From Vulcanimicrobiota bacterium (lineage in GTDB: Bacteria; Vulcanimicrobiota; Vulcanimicrobiia; Vulcanimicrobiales; Vulcanimicrobiaceae), in NCBI GenBank assembly GCA_963695225.1, contig OY968762.1, forward strand, positions 800,001 to 864,000: DNA of 64,000 nucleotides. Direction: 5' to 3'. The position numbers and the translations under genes are program-made. Position 1 is the stretch's first letter. Every line of letters starts with the position of its first letter. The notes under the pieces are model-generated. The model saw only the letters and a program-made list of their open reading frames with translations, made no database searches and was not told the origin of the DNA. This document shows positions 19,672 through 29,218 of the stretch, piece after piece.

Positions 19672-20150
19672 CTGGGCCGGGTCTTCTCGCGCTCCTCGCG
19701 GGCGAAGGTCGCTTCCATTTCGGACTTGATCTGTTCGAGGAGTTGGCGCCCGGTGGCGTGCGCGATGCGCGTGCCTACGGCCGCATCGAAGAGCGCGCCG
19801 ATGGCGCCGCCGGGCGGCACGTACGTGCCGTCGAGCGCGAGCCAGCATTCGGAGTAATCTTCGTCGGGAACGATCTTGAGCGTGCCGTCGAAATCGGGGA
19901 ACGGACCGCCGCCTTCGGGGCGCCACTTCACGTGGACCGTATCGTTCCAGCCCGAAGCCGGGCCGACGCGTTCGAACGTCGCGGAGACGGCGCGCTGCAG
20001 ATCCAGCGGGAGATCCGGCACGGTCAACTCGAGCCGCGCGGCGTGTTCGCCGGCAGCGACGCGGCTTTCGAGAAAGTGTTCGAGGAACGCGGTCGCGCGC
20101 GTCAGCGGGACTGCGAGGAAGATCCGTTCGCGCAGGATGCTATGAGCCAC
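19668..20150 (-). CDS. Hypothetical protein (possible SRPBCC/START-like fold)
   Basis: GGAG RBS; WRPEGGGPFPDFDGTL..LDGTYVPPGGAIGALFDAAVGTRIA. Confidence 0.6.
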   Translation of the reverse strand: MAHSILRERIFLAVPLTRATAFLEHFLESRVAAGEHAARLELTVPDLPLDLQRAVSATFERVGPASGWNDTVHVKWRPEGGGPFPDFDGTLKIVPDEDYSECWLALDGTYVPPGGAIGALFDAAVGTRIAHATGRQLLEQIKSEMEATFAREEREKTRPS

Positions 20151-20236
20151 GTGACTCCTTCGGGCAAGCCGTCGAGCCGAACCGTTTCGCCGGGACGGGG
20201 AGCGCCCCTCGAGGAGCCCGGCGCGGAGCGCGCTCG

Positions 20237-20278
20237 AAAAAGACGCATGCCCCGGCGGCGCGGCCGGGGCATGCGTCT
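20237..20278 (-). terminator. Rho-independent terminator after the DUF1059 gene
   Basis: 16-bp stem AGACGCATGCCCCGGC/GCCGGGGCATGCGTCT followed by a T-run on the minus strand. Confidence 0.8.
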
Positions 20279-20292
20279 CGGATGGCGCTAGG

Positions 20293-20487
20293 TCAGTCGT
20301 CGCTGTCTTTCATGCCGGATCGAATGGCGGTATCGAGGCTGGGATCGTCCTTGTGGCCGTGGGCGGAGACGGCGTGCTGGTGCGCGGCTTTGAGGACTTC
20401 TTCTTCCGTGCCGGAGATGGTAAGCGAGCAGTTGCTTTCGCTCGGGAAATCGCGACAGTCGATCATCTTACGGGTCATCGTAGCCAT
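20293..20487 (-). CDS. Small metal-binding protein (DUF1059 family)
   Basis: IDCRDFPSESNCSLTISGTEEEVLKAAHQHAVSAHGH; AAGGAG RBS. Confidence 0.85.
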   Translation of the reverse strand: MATMTRKMIDCRDFPSESNCSLTISGTEEEVLKAAHQHAVSAHGHKDDPSLDTAIRSGMKDSDD

Positions 20488-20751
20488 GGGGATACTCCTT
20501 TTCGTGCGCGTGCGGTGTCGAGTACGCGTCGTTTTGGGATCGGCCATGATGTCGCGGCGCGGCCGAAGCCGTCGCGGCAGCCGCTCTGATACGGCCGGCG
20601 GGAGGCACGTTCGCACCCCCACGCCCGCCGGAGCGGACCCTCCCCATTAGCCGCCCCAGCCCACGTTCCGCTTGCTCGTACCAACGGAGGGGCTAGCCCA
20701 GTCGAAGGGTCTTCAGCAGAGCGCCCTGCAATCACGGGCCTAGAGGATAGC

Positions 20752-21243
20752 GTGACATCAGAGAAACCAACTGCCGACTTAGTCGATGCCTACCGCGCGA
20801 GCGGCCGCCTACAAAGCTGCGAGGCGCAGTTCCGCCGATACGGCGGCCGGGCAAGCTTCTCGGGGCCGATCCGCACGATCCGGACGTTCGAAGACAACGC
20901 GATCGTCAAGCGCGTCCTCGGCGAGCCCGGCAACGGAAACGTGCTCGTGATCGACGGCGGCGGCTCGCTGCGGACGGCCCTCGTAGGTGACGTCATCGCA
21001 GGCCTGGCGGTCGCGAACGGCTGGGCCGGAATCGTGGTCTTCGGGGCCGTGCGCGACGTGGCGGCGTTGCGAGAGCTGCCGATCGGCATCAAGGCGCTGG
21101 GTTCGAATCCTTGGACCAGCGGGAAAACGGGATCGGGCACCATCGACGGCGCGGTTTCGTTCGGAGGCGCGACGTTTCGCCCCGGCTCGTGGCTGTACGG
21201 CGACGACGACGGCGTGCTCGTGGCGGAGGGCGAACTCGCCTAG
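20752..21243 (+). CDS. rraA: RraA/MenG family protein (HMG aldolase / RNase E regulator)
   Basis: [40 protein letters not shown]. Confidence 0.9.
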   Translation: MTSEKPTADLVDAYRASGRLQSCEAQFRRYGGRASFSGPIRTIRTFEDNAIVKRVLGEPGNGNVLVIDGGGSLRTALVGDVIAGLAVANGWAGIVVFGAVRDVAALRELPIGIKALGSNPWTSGKTGSGTIDGAVSFGGATFRPGSWLYGDDDGVLVAEGELA

Positions 21244-21282
21244 GCGGGCCGTCGCACGGTGCCTCCGGACACTTGACAAGGA

Positions 21283-21792
21283 GTGCCGTTCGATCTTGAC
21301 GCAGAGAAGCACGTTGTGCCACGCCGCACGCTGATACTCGTAGCCTTAGCGCTGTTCGCCTTGACCCCGGGAGCGCCCGCACGCGCGAGCGAGCCCTGCG
21401 CCATCGCTACCGGCCAATACGTGCTGCTGAAATCGAACCAACTCGACCCAGACGTGTTCGTGTGGGATTCAAGGTTCCGGCTGAGCAGCTACGCCGCCGG
21501 CGAATGGCGCAACACGCAAGACGTGCTCGACCACACGATTCTCTCGAAGCCGGGTACGCGCGGCTACGTGATCCAATGCGAGCCGCAACAGGTTCGCTTC
21601 CGCTACGACCCGACGATGGTGCAGGACGCCGTCGGCTTGAAGCTAACGAGCGGCCCGCAGCGCGGGCGTTACGGCTGGGTCGCTTCAGATGACGCGCATT
21701 TAATTACGACGGCGATTTCGCCGGTGCCGCAGCCGCGCATCTTGCCGCGGAAGGCGCCGCGGAAAGCGCCCGCACGGAAGGCGCTGCATTAG
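21283..21792 (+). CDS. Hypothetical exported protein
   Basis: Signal peptide (ILVALALFALTPGAPARA); basic C-terminal tail; start uncertain. Confidence 0.6.
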   Translation: MPFDLDAEKHVVPRRTLILVALALFALTPGAPARASEPCAIATGQYVLLKSNQLDPDVFVWDSRFRLSSYAAGEWRNTQDVLDHTILSKPGTRGYVIQCEPQQVRFRYDPTMVQDAVGLKLTSGPQRGRYGWVASDDAHLITTAISPVPQPRILPRKAPRKAPARKALH

Positions 21793-23153
21793 CGGGCTGC
21801 CGTCAATCTCCGCTCGCGTTTGACGACGTACATCTGCGCGTCGGCGCGCCGCTGGACCTCGCAGAGCGGCTCGCCGGGTTCGGCGACGGCGCACCCCAAT
21901 GCGAAAGAGATGGGCTGCCCGGCGATCGGGGCTCTCCGCGCGAGATCGGCGTCGATGGCTGCAACCACGTCTGCGAGCCGATCTCGCACCGGCAGCAGCA
22001 CGGCGAACTCGTCGCCACCGATGCGTGCCACGACGGAGGAAGGGCCGGCTGCCGCGCTTAGGATGTCGTACGTCGCGCGCAAGTGCTCGTCACCGGCATC
22101 GTGACCGTGCGCGTCGTTGACCCTCTTGAGATTGTCCAGGTCGACGATCAGCACGGCCGCAGCGGATTCGCCCGGGGCCTGCAAGGCCTCTTGCCAAGCG
22201 AGACGGTTTCCCGCACCGGTCAGCGAGTCGGTCCGCGCCTCGCGGAAAATTCGCTCGATTTCTTCCTGTAGGTGCGTGCGAGCCATGGCCGCGCGCAGCA
22301 AGGCTTCGGCCGCGTATGCCAGCCGGGCGCCGAGGTCTTGGCACAGCGACGTGAAGCCGCGCGGACAGACCTCCGTGTGCAAGAGCAGCAGAACTCCGAG
22401 TTGCGGGCGTCCGACGCTCAGGAGGTAATAGGAGCGCACGCCGTCCTCGAATCTGAAGGGCGGGGGGAGCGGCGCCAAGCGCGCGTCCTGCTCGCACAGC
22501 GGAAGCGCTTCTCGCCCGAGGCCGGCGACGATCTCGGCGAGGGCCGGCTCGACTGCCGCGGGGTCTGCGATCGGGGCTCCCCGTTCGGCGATGGTCGTCC
22601 GCGCCGCCTCGATACCCGGCAGGTACAGGATGCCGATCTCGCAGGACAGCGCTGCCGCGGCGCGTTCGACGATATGGCCGGCGGTTGCCGCGACTTCCGA
22701 CGCCTCGCAGGCCACCATGTCTTGGACCGCATGGAGCAACTCCAGTTCGTCGGCCAAGCGTTTCGCGGGAGAAACGTGGTCCAGGGACTGCGCGGCCAGT
22801 TCGGCTAACGTGGCCGCCTCGGCGTCCGGGATGGGCTCGAGGCGCCTTACGGCGTCGGCGAACACGACGATGACATCTGCGGAGAGCGGCACGAACAACC
22901 CGGATCTGCCGAAATACGGCCCGAACAAACACTCGGCGGCGTCGCAGCTGACGCGGACCGGCCGGCCGAGCGCCGCCGCGCGTGAAGCGTGCCCTGGAAC
23001 ATCCTTCTCGAGCCGCAGTTCGACCAGCCCGGCCCAGCCCTCGCCCCGGCCGAGTCCGCCGACGTGCACGAAGCGCGTTGCCTGGACGCGGCGGAAGACG
23101 AAGACGTCTCGAGCGCCCACCTGCGCCGCCGCCCGGACTAATTCTCTCTCCAA
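21789..23153 (-). CDS. Diguanylate cyclase (GAF-like plus GGDEF)
   Basis: TDSLTGAGNR, DLDNLKRVNDAHGHDAGD, RIGGDEF, RRADAQMY. Confidence 0.9.
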   Translation of the reverse strand: MERELVRAAAQVGARDVFVFRRVQATRFVHVGGLGRGEGWAGLVELRLEKDVPGHASRAAALGRPVRVSCDAAECLFGPYFGRSGLFVPLSADVIVVFADAVRRLEPIPDAEAATLAELAAQSLDHVSPAKRLADELELLHAVQDMVACEASEVAATAGHIVERAAAALSCEIGILYLPGIEAARTTIAERGAPIADPAAVEPALAEIVAGLGREALPLCEQDARLAPLPPPFRFEDGVRSYYLLSVGRPQLGVLLLLHTEVCPRGFTSLCQDLGARLAYAAEALLRAAMARTHLQEEIERIFREARTDSLTGAGNRLAWQEALQAPGESAAAVLIVDLDNLKRVNDAHGHDAGDEHLRATYDILSAAAGPSSVVARIGGDEFAVLLPVRDRLADVVAAIDADLARRAPIAGQPISFALGCAVAEPGEPLCEVQRRADAQMYVVKRERRLTAAR

Positions 23154-23275
23154 GCGAACCTCCCGAGTTACCGTCAGACGGGCCTTGGTCCCTATTCACG
23201 GTGTTTCGGGCGAATTGAAGACATACCGGCGAGCATCGCTCGCCGAAGTGCTCCGCGTCACGATTCCTACGGGCC

Positions 23276-24301
23276 CTAGACCAAGGCAACGAACGCGGCG
23301 GCGGCGCGTTCTGCGGCGACGCGTAACGCCGCCCGCGCCTCCGCGGGAGAAACGATCGTCGCAGCTCCGCCGAAACTCAGCACCCACGCGACGATCTCCT
23401 CGAAGCGCGTCAGCTCGAACGTCAGCCGCACGCCGCCGTCTTCTTCATCTGCAGCCTCGACCTGAGCCGGCCAGCGCCGGCAGCGGACGTACGCGGCCAC
23501 CGCCGGCTCGACCCGCACCACGACGCGCTGCGGTTTCCCGTCACCGATCATCGTTCCGAAGCTGTACCGCAACGCGTCGTCGATCGTCAGCCCCGGATCG
23601 GGCTCGAAGGCGTCGTCCTCGATCGCCGCATCGCTCATGCCGTCCAGCGCATAGAGCTTCGGATCCGTCTCGCCTTCCGTCAAGCCCCACAGGTAGAACC
23701 GCCCCTGGTGCGTGTGGACGGCATACGGCGCGACCGTACGCCGGTCGCCGGCGGCTCCGCCGGTGCGCCGGTACGTGAACGTGAGCCACCGGTGCTCGCC
23801 CACCGCCGAGAGCGCACGGTCCACGATCTCGTAGAACGCCTTCCCGCCGGCCGGCTGCGGGTGCCGCGAGGAGACGACCGCATTCCCTTCAACGTCGCCG
23901 ATCTCGACGCGCGCCTCGAGCACGCTCAGCACGTCGTCGAGCGCCTCAGCAATCGGGCCGCCGAGCGCCGAGACCGCGGCGCGCACCTGCGCGAGCTGCG
24001 CGCGCGTGCGCGGATCGATGCCGTAGCGCGCGATCGAAGCGCCCTGCGGAACGTGAAAGAGCTTGTCGCCGGAATCGTAGTTGATCGGCAGCCCGGCGCA
24101 CGCGAGTTCCGCCTTGATGCGCTTGAACGAACTCTCGGATCCGACGGCCGCGATCTTGAAGAGGTCCGGTTTCGAAATCTTCCGATCGCGCTCGAGCACT
24201 CGAATCAGCGCTACGAACCGCGCGACCTTCCCGCGGCGCGCAGGGTGGTTCAGATTCTGACCCGGGCCGGTTTTCGGCCGGGCTGACGCCGCGGATGGCA
24301 T
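23276..24301 (-). CDS. WYL-domain transcriptional regulator (wHTH-WYL-WCX)
   Basis: SFKRIKAELACAGLPINYD HTH, FTY..RRTVAPY..GRFYLWG..YALDGM, WVLSFGGAATIVSP. Confidence 0.9.
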   Translation of the reverse strand: MPSAASARPKTGPGQNLNHPARRGKVARFVALIRVLERDRKISKPDLFKIAAVGSESSFKRIKAELACAGLPINYDSGDKLFHVPQGASIARYGIDPRTRAQLAQVRAAVSALGGPIAEALDDVLSVLEARVEIGDVEGNAVVSSRHPQPAGGKAFYEIVDRALSAVGEHRWLTFTYRRTGGAAGDRRTVAPYAVHTHQGRFYLWGLTEGETDPKLYALDGMSDAAIEDDAFEPDPGLTIDDALRYSFGTMIGDGKPQRVVVRVEPAVAAYVRCRRWPAQVEAADEEDGGVRLTFELTRFEEIVAWVLSFGGAATIVSPAEARAALRVAAERAAAAFVALV

Positions 24302-24317
24302 TCTCTACAATATCGAC
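24302..24317. promoter_or_regulatory. Overlapping divergent -10 elements (bidirectional leaderless promoter)
   Basis: TACAAT (+, 24306-24311) 6 nt before ATG 24318; TATTGT (-, 24312-24307) 5 nt before ATG 24301; no SD for either gene. Confidence 0.6.
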
Positions 24318-24782
24318 ATGGACAGTACGAATCCTCAACCCGAACCCACGTCGCGCCTCAAGAGCCTCTTGAAAGAGGCGGACCTCAAATCGTTCCGCCT
24401 CGACGCGCGGCTCCGGGGCATCCTCTTTCAAGGCCGCTCGCGCGAGTGGCTGCTCCGCGCCGGCCTCAACGAGAACTGGCTGCACGTCTACACCGTCGTC
24501 TGCGGCATCCCCGAAGAACCCGGGCTGCGCGCTCGTCTCTTCGAGACGCTGATGACCACGAACGCTTCGCTGACGCTCGCGAAGTTCGTCGCCGGGCCGG
24601 GCGGCTTGGTCCTCGAAGTGGACTACCGCGCCGAGCACGTCGATGCAGCCGTCCTCAGGAACGTCGTGAGCCACGTCCACTGGATCGCGGAAGAGCAGTA
24701 TCCGAAAATCTTCCGCATCGTCTCCGGCGACGAGGTCCTGCGCGAACTCGGGACGCAACTCGCCCCGCCGGAAGCGGCATGA
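24318..24782 (+). CDS. YbjN-like / type III secretion chaperone-fold protein
   Basis: 154 aa; LFETLMTTNASLTLAKF..LVLEVDY pattern typical of the YbjN/CesT fold. Confidence 0.6.
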   Translation: MDSTNPQPEPTSRLKSLLKEADLKSFRLDARLRGILFQGRSREWLLRAGLNENWLHVYTVVCGIPEEPGLRARLFETLMTTNASLTLAKFVAGPGGLVLEVDYRAEHVDAAVLRNVVSHVHWIAEEQYPKIFRIVSGDEVLRELGTQLAPPEAA

Positions 24783-25735
24783 CGCGCGCCGAACGCATCG
24801 CGGGCTGCCTCTACGGCGCCGCCATCGGCGACGCGCTCGGCTCCGCGTTCGAGTTCGTCGATAGCGACGCGATCGAACGCCGCCTCGGCGGACCCGTCGT
24901 GGGCGAGTATCTGCCTGCGGTCCCGCGCTCGCTGTTGCATCCGCGCGAGCCGGGCCACCCGACGGACGATACGGCGATGGCGCTCTCCGTCGCCGGCACG
25001 ATTTCGTGCGGCGAGCCGCTGACCCCCGAACTCTTCTCCCGCCGGTTCCTCGCGGATCTCGATCGGCACCACGGGCGCTTCGGCCCGATGTTCTGGACCG
25101 GCGGACCGGGCGGCGCCACGACGCGCTCGCTCTCGCGCCTGCAGCGCGGCGCCGATCCCGCCACGTGCGGCCACCTGGAAGACGGCGGCAACGGCGCGGC
25201 GATGCGCGTTCATCCCGTCGGGTTCCTCGCGGATCGCGCCGCGGTGCTCGACGTTGCGGCGATGCAGGCGCGCGTCACGCACGGCCACCCCGCCGCGATC
25301 GCGGCGGCCGCAGCCGTTGCGGTGTTGGTGCACGATGCGCTGCGCGGCGCAGCGCCGTCGCTGGACCTACCAGCCGGCATCACGGACGGCACGTTCGCAC
25401 GCTCCTGGGGCGAGCTTCATGCAGATCTTACGCCTTCCGGCCTGCGATTACCCGGCCGGTTGCGCAACGTCGCGATGAGCGGTTGGGAAACCGTCGCCGC
25501 CGCGCACGCGATCGCAGCGTGCTTCCCCGGCGATCCGGTCGCGGCGATCGGCGCCGCTGCGGCCTCCGGCGGGGATACCGACACCGTCGCCACGATCACG
25601 GGCGCGATCGTCGGCGCCCGGCACGGCATCGCGGCCCTCCCGAAAGCCTGGATCGAAGGGCTGGCGGCGCGCGCGCTCGTCGACGGCGTGCTGCAAGAAA
25701 TTCTCGCCGCGCTCGGAGAAACGGTATCGCCATGA
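24779..25735 (+). CDS. ADP-ribosylglycohydrolase (DraG/ARH family)
   Basis: GCLYGAAIGDALG, TDDTAMAL, GNGAAMR, THGH, GGDTDTVATITGAIVGA; ATGA overlaps at both ends. Confidence 0.92.
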   Translation: MTRAERIAGCLYGAAIGDALGSAFEFVDSDAIERRLGGPVVGEYLPAVPRSLLHPREPGHPTDDTAMALSVAGTISCGEPLTPELFSRRFLADLDRHHGRFGPMFWTGGPGGATTRSLSRLQRGADPATCGHLEDGGNGAAMRVHPVGFLADRAAVLDVAAMQARVTHGHPAAIAAAAAVAVLVHDALRGAAPSLDLPAGITDGTFARSWGELHADLTPSGLRLPGRLRNVAMSGWETVAAAHAIAACFPGDPVAAIGAAAASGGDTDTVATITGAIVGARHGIAALPKAWIEGLAARALVDGVLQEILAALGETVSP

Positions 25736-26295
25736 CGAAGATCAAGACCAGCGAAACCGATCCGCTAAAGATCGACGTGGTCGCCGTGCCCGGAACCGGC
25801 GGGCGCATCGGCATGACGCTCTTTCCCGGCCGTTGTGACGATCGATCGATCTACGGCAACACCTGGCGCCGCGACCTCGCGGCCGATCTCGATGCGATTC
25901 GACGGCTCGATCCCGCGCTCGTGATAACGCTCAACGAAGCGCGCGAGTTCACGCTGCTCGGCGTTCCGGGCTTCGAGCAGGCGCTCGCAGAGAGCGGCCT
26001 CCCCTGGCGGCATCTCCCGATTCCCGACGGCGGCGTCCCCGATCGCACCTTCGAGCGCGCCTGGGCCAAGACCGGTCGCGAAGTGCGCGACGCGCTCCGC
26101 GCCGGCCGGCTCGTGGTCATCCATTGCCGGGCCGGCCTCGGCCGCACCGGCACGATCGCAGCGCGCCTGCTGGCGGAGCTCGGCACGCCGCAGCTAGCCG
26201 CAATCGAAACCGTGCGAACGGCGCGCGGCCCCCACGCCGTCGAAACGCGCGACCAAGAACGGCACGTCTTAGCCACTCAGCCCGTCGAAGATTGA
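25732..26295 (+). CDS. Protein-tyrosine / dual-specificity phosphatase (CDKN3-like)
   Basis: TSETDPL, IGMTLFPG, RDLAADL, HLPIPDGGVP, HCRAGLGRTG, AVETRDQ. Confidence 0.92.
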   Translation: MTKIKTSETDPLKIDVVAVPGTGGRIGMTLFPGRCDDRSIYGNTWRRDLAADLDAIRRLDPALVITLNEAREFTLLGVPGFEQALAESGLPWRHLPIPDGGVPDRTFERAWAKTGREVRDALRAGRLVVIHCRAGLGRTGTIAARLLAELGTPQLAAIETVRTARGPHAVETRDQERHVLATQPVED

Positions 26296-26300
26296 ACCCG

Positions 26301-27050
26301 ATGCTCGCTTCCTTCTTGCTCGTTCATGGTGCGCTCGGGGATGCGTCGGCCTGGAAGAAAGTGGCGCCGCTGCTGCGCGAAGCGGGAGCCGTCGTCGCCA
26401 CGCCCGATAATCCGGGCGCCGCGGCGGATTTCGAAGGCCCGCTCGGCGCGCCGGCGTTCGAGGACTACGTCGCTACCATCGAGCGCGCGATCGATGCTGC
26501 CCCGAAGCCGGTCATCCTCGTGGGCTATAGCTCGGGGGGCATCATCGTCACGCAAGTCGCCGAGAACCGGCCCGACGACATCGCGGCGCTCGTCTATCTC
26601 TGCGCGTACATCCCGGTCGACGGCGAAACCTTACAGGCGCTCACGATGAGCGACGAAGACAGCATGATCCGCACGCGCCTGCGGATCGATCCCGCGACCG
26701 GCAAGGCCGGGCTTTCTCCTGAAGATATGCGCGAGATCGTCTTCCACGATTGTTCGCCCGAAGACGCGGCGGCCGGCATGGCGCATCAGCGCCCGGAATC
26801 GCTCGGCCTCTTGCGCGCACCCGTGCACGTCACGGAAGCGAATTTCGGCCGCGTGCCTCGTTACTGCATCACGACGCTACGAGATCGCGCGGTGAGCTCC
26901 GCGCTGCAGAAGCGCATGTACGAACGCACTCCGGTCGAGAAAGTTTACGCGATCGACTCCGGGCACGTGCCGTCCTTCTCGCACGCCGGCGAACTCGCGG
27001 CGGCCCTGCTCGAGATCGCCGGCGCGGCCCGCACGTTCCCGCACGCATAG
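26301..27050 (+). CDS. Alpha/beta-fold hydrolase (methylesterase-like)
   Basis: FLLVHGA, GYSSGG nucleophile elbow, D (RDRAV), DSGHVP. Confidence 0.85.
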   Translation: MLASFLLVHGALGDASAWKKVAPLLREAGAVVATPDNPGAAADFEGPLGAPAFEDYVATIERAIDAAPKPVILVGYSSGGIIVTQVAENRPDDIAALVYLCAYIPVDGETLQALTMSDEDSMIRTRLRIDPATGKAGLSPEDMREIVFHDCSPEDAAAGMAHQRPESLGLLRAPVHVTEANFGRVPRYCITTLRDRAVSSALQKRMYERTPVEKVYAIDSGHVPSFSHAGELAAALLEIAGAARTFPHA

Positions 27051-27124
27051 CGCGCTCGCCGGCCGGAAGTTCGTTCGCAGTCGAAAGCGCGTGCAGCCGG
27101 ATCATCGCGCGCGTTCGGCCGCGT

Positions 27125-27724
27125 TCACTTCGCGGATGCTTTTTCCAATTCGTCGATGATCTGATCGTTCAGGGTCGAGAGATTCTTCACCGTTATCGCA
27201 TGATAATCGCTCAGGCCCGGGTACGTTACGTCGACTTCCTTCTTCAGGTCGAGCCACGGCGTCCCGTTCCCGTCTCTGAACTTCGTCCGCAGGCCGAACG
27301 CCCAATCCGTCTGATGGCTGTGCGGTTCACCTTTGGCGGTCGCGCCGTAGTAGAGGCCCAGTTGCGCTCCGCTTGCCTTCACCGCATCGTCGACGTCCTT
27401 CGGGGCCTTGATCGTTACCTGAATGACCGTCGTCTCGACGTTGAAACGCTTCCCGAACTTCGTCGCGAAATCTTGAGCCGATTCCGAGACGCCTTGCGCG
27501 ATCGTCGCAAAATTGTCCGTCCACTTCGAGGAATCGTACACGACGGCAACGGGCTTACCACCCGCACGATCGTGGATCGAACCCGTGGATGCGGCAGGCG
27601 CCGAGGCGGCTGGAGACGCCGTCCCGGCCGCAGTCGCGCCGGGCGGCGCCGCGGCGAGCGCCGCGTTCTGCGTCACCGAGATGAATGCGCAGAGCGCAAG
27701 CGGGCCGATAGAGCGCCGGAGCAT
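27125..27724 (-). CDS. Hypothetical exported protein
   Basis: Signal peptide and Ala/Pro linker; codon usage consistent with coding. Confidence 0.6.
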   Translation of the reverse strand: MLRRSIGPLALCAFISVTQNAALAAAPPGATAAGTASPAASAPAASTGSIHDRAGGKPVAVVYDSSKWTDNFATIAQGVSESAQDFATKFGKRFNVETTVIQVTIKAPKDVDDAVKASGAQLGLYYGATAKGEPHSHQTDWAFGLRTKFRDGNGTPWLDLKKEVDVTYPGLSDYHAITVKNLSTLNDQIIDELEKASAK

Positions 27725-27912
27725 CGATGAAACCGCGCGGCGAACGATGCACGCGGGAAGCGATATGCCGCTCAAGCCGTTCTCCTTTCAAGGCCGGGAA
27801 GCGAGCCGTTTACGGGGCGAGCGTTCGCGCTCCCGGCCATGCGTCCCGCCGCCGCCGCCGCCGCAAGGCCACAAGTCCCGGTAGGCCGTGTTGAATGTTC
27901 TGTCCGGATCTA

Positions 27913-29085
27913 CTACGGCGCAGGCGGTCCGTCGTCGCCGCGACTTTCCGCCGGCGCGAGGACGTCGCCGGCGGCGATCTGCAGCTTGTCTCCGCGCCAG
28001 TGCACGGAAGATCCGAAAAGTCCGCTCACCCACACGGCGAGGCCGAAGAAGTCGCGCGCGAGCGCGAGCCACGGCCCGGCAGGCTCGACGCCGAGGGCGC
28101 GCGAGGCGACGCGTTGTAACGCCATCCGCCCCGCCGACGCCAGGACCAGCAGCGCCGCTGCTCGCGCGCGATTCTGCGAGAGCGCGAGGTTGAAGACGGC
28201 GAGCGGCACGGGGTACGTGAGGAACATCCCCGCGTAGCCGGCGGGGCGCACGCCGCGAATCGTGCGGTGCCAGCGCAGTTCGTGCCGGAACAGCGCGGCG
28301 GTGCTCGGATCGGAGACGATCGTGTGCAGCACGTATTTCGAGAGCACGACGCGCAGCCCGCGCGCGGCGATCTCGTGCCCGAGCATGAAGTCGTCGGCGA
28401 GGTGCACTCCGAGCGCCTCGAAGCCGCCGATCGATTCCAGCACTTCCGCCCGCATCGCGTTCGTCGGTCCGAAGCCGTGCCGCAGCGGTCCGAACAAACC
28501 TTCGACCAGCGCCGACGGAATGAACTGGTCGTTGATGAACGCCGCGCCGAGTTTGGCGGCGGACGTCTCCTCTTGCGGGACTCCGGCGAAGAGGCACGTC
28601 ACGAGGCCGACCGCCGGATCCTCCAGCGGCGCGACGACTTCGCTCAGGTACGATGCATCGACGCGCGTATCGCTGTCGCACAAGACGAGCACGCCGTGCC
28701 GCGCGAGCCGCATCATCGAGATCACGTTCGCGAGCTTCGGATTCCGCGTCCCCGCGCGTTCGCCGATATCGATCTCGATGCACCGGCCGGGCAACGCCGC
28801 CGCCACGCGCCGAGCGATCGGCAAGGCGGCATCGTCCGCGCGCGCGACGCCGAGGACGACTTGATACTCGGGATAATCCTGGTCGGCGAGCGAGCGCAGG
28901 TTTTCTTCGAGCCCGGGCTCCGCGCCATGCAGCGGAATCAGCAGCGTCACCGGCGGACGCTGTTGCCCGCCCTCCGTTCCGCGCTGCGCGAAACGTGCGG
29001 CGCGCGCGATCGCGACGCCCGTATAGGCGATCGCCGCAATCGCCGCCGCCTCCGCGGCGGCCGCCACGACGCGTCGAACCTTCAC
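27913..29085 (-). CDS. hpnI: Hopanoid glycosyltransferase HpnI (GT21-like)
   Basis: PPVTLLIPLHG, QDYP, NPKLAN, DSD, LADDFMLG, HELRWHRTIR; near hpnJ. Confidence 0.88.
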   Translation of the reverse strand: MKVRRVVAAAAEAAAIAAIAYTGVAIARAARFAQRGTEGGQQRPPVTLLIPLHGAEPGLEENLRSLADQDYPEYQVVLGVARADDAALPIARRVAAALPGRCIEIDIGERAGTRNPKLANVISMMRLARHGVLVLCDSDTRVDASYLSEVVAPLEDPAVGLVTCLFAGVPQEETSAAKLGAAFINDQFIPSALVEGLFGPLRHGFGPTNAMRAEVLESIGGFEALGVHLADDFMLGHEIAARGLRVVLSKYVLHTIVSDPSTAALFRHELRWHRTIRGVRPAGYAGMFLTYPVPLAVFNLALSQNRARAAALLVLASAGRMALQRVASRALGVEPAGPWLALARDFFGLAVWVSGLFGSSVHWRGDKLQIAAGDVLAPAESRGDDGPPAP

Positions 29086-29218
29086 TCCGTCCGAGATCCC
29101 GATGTCGCTTGCATGATCCGGGGGCAGGCTTCCGCGCCCCGCCGGGCCGGGCCCGCCGCCGCGGCGGGAACGACGCGCCGACGGGGCCCGAAGTGCGCGC
29201 CGCGAAGCCAGAGCGTCG

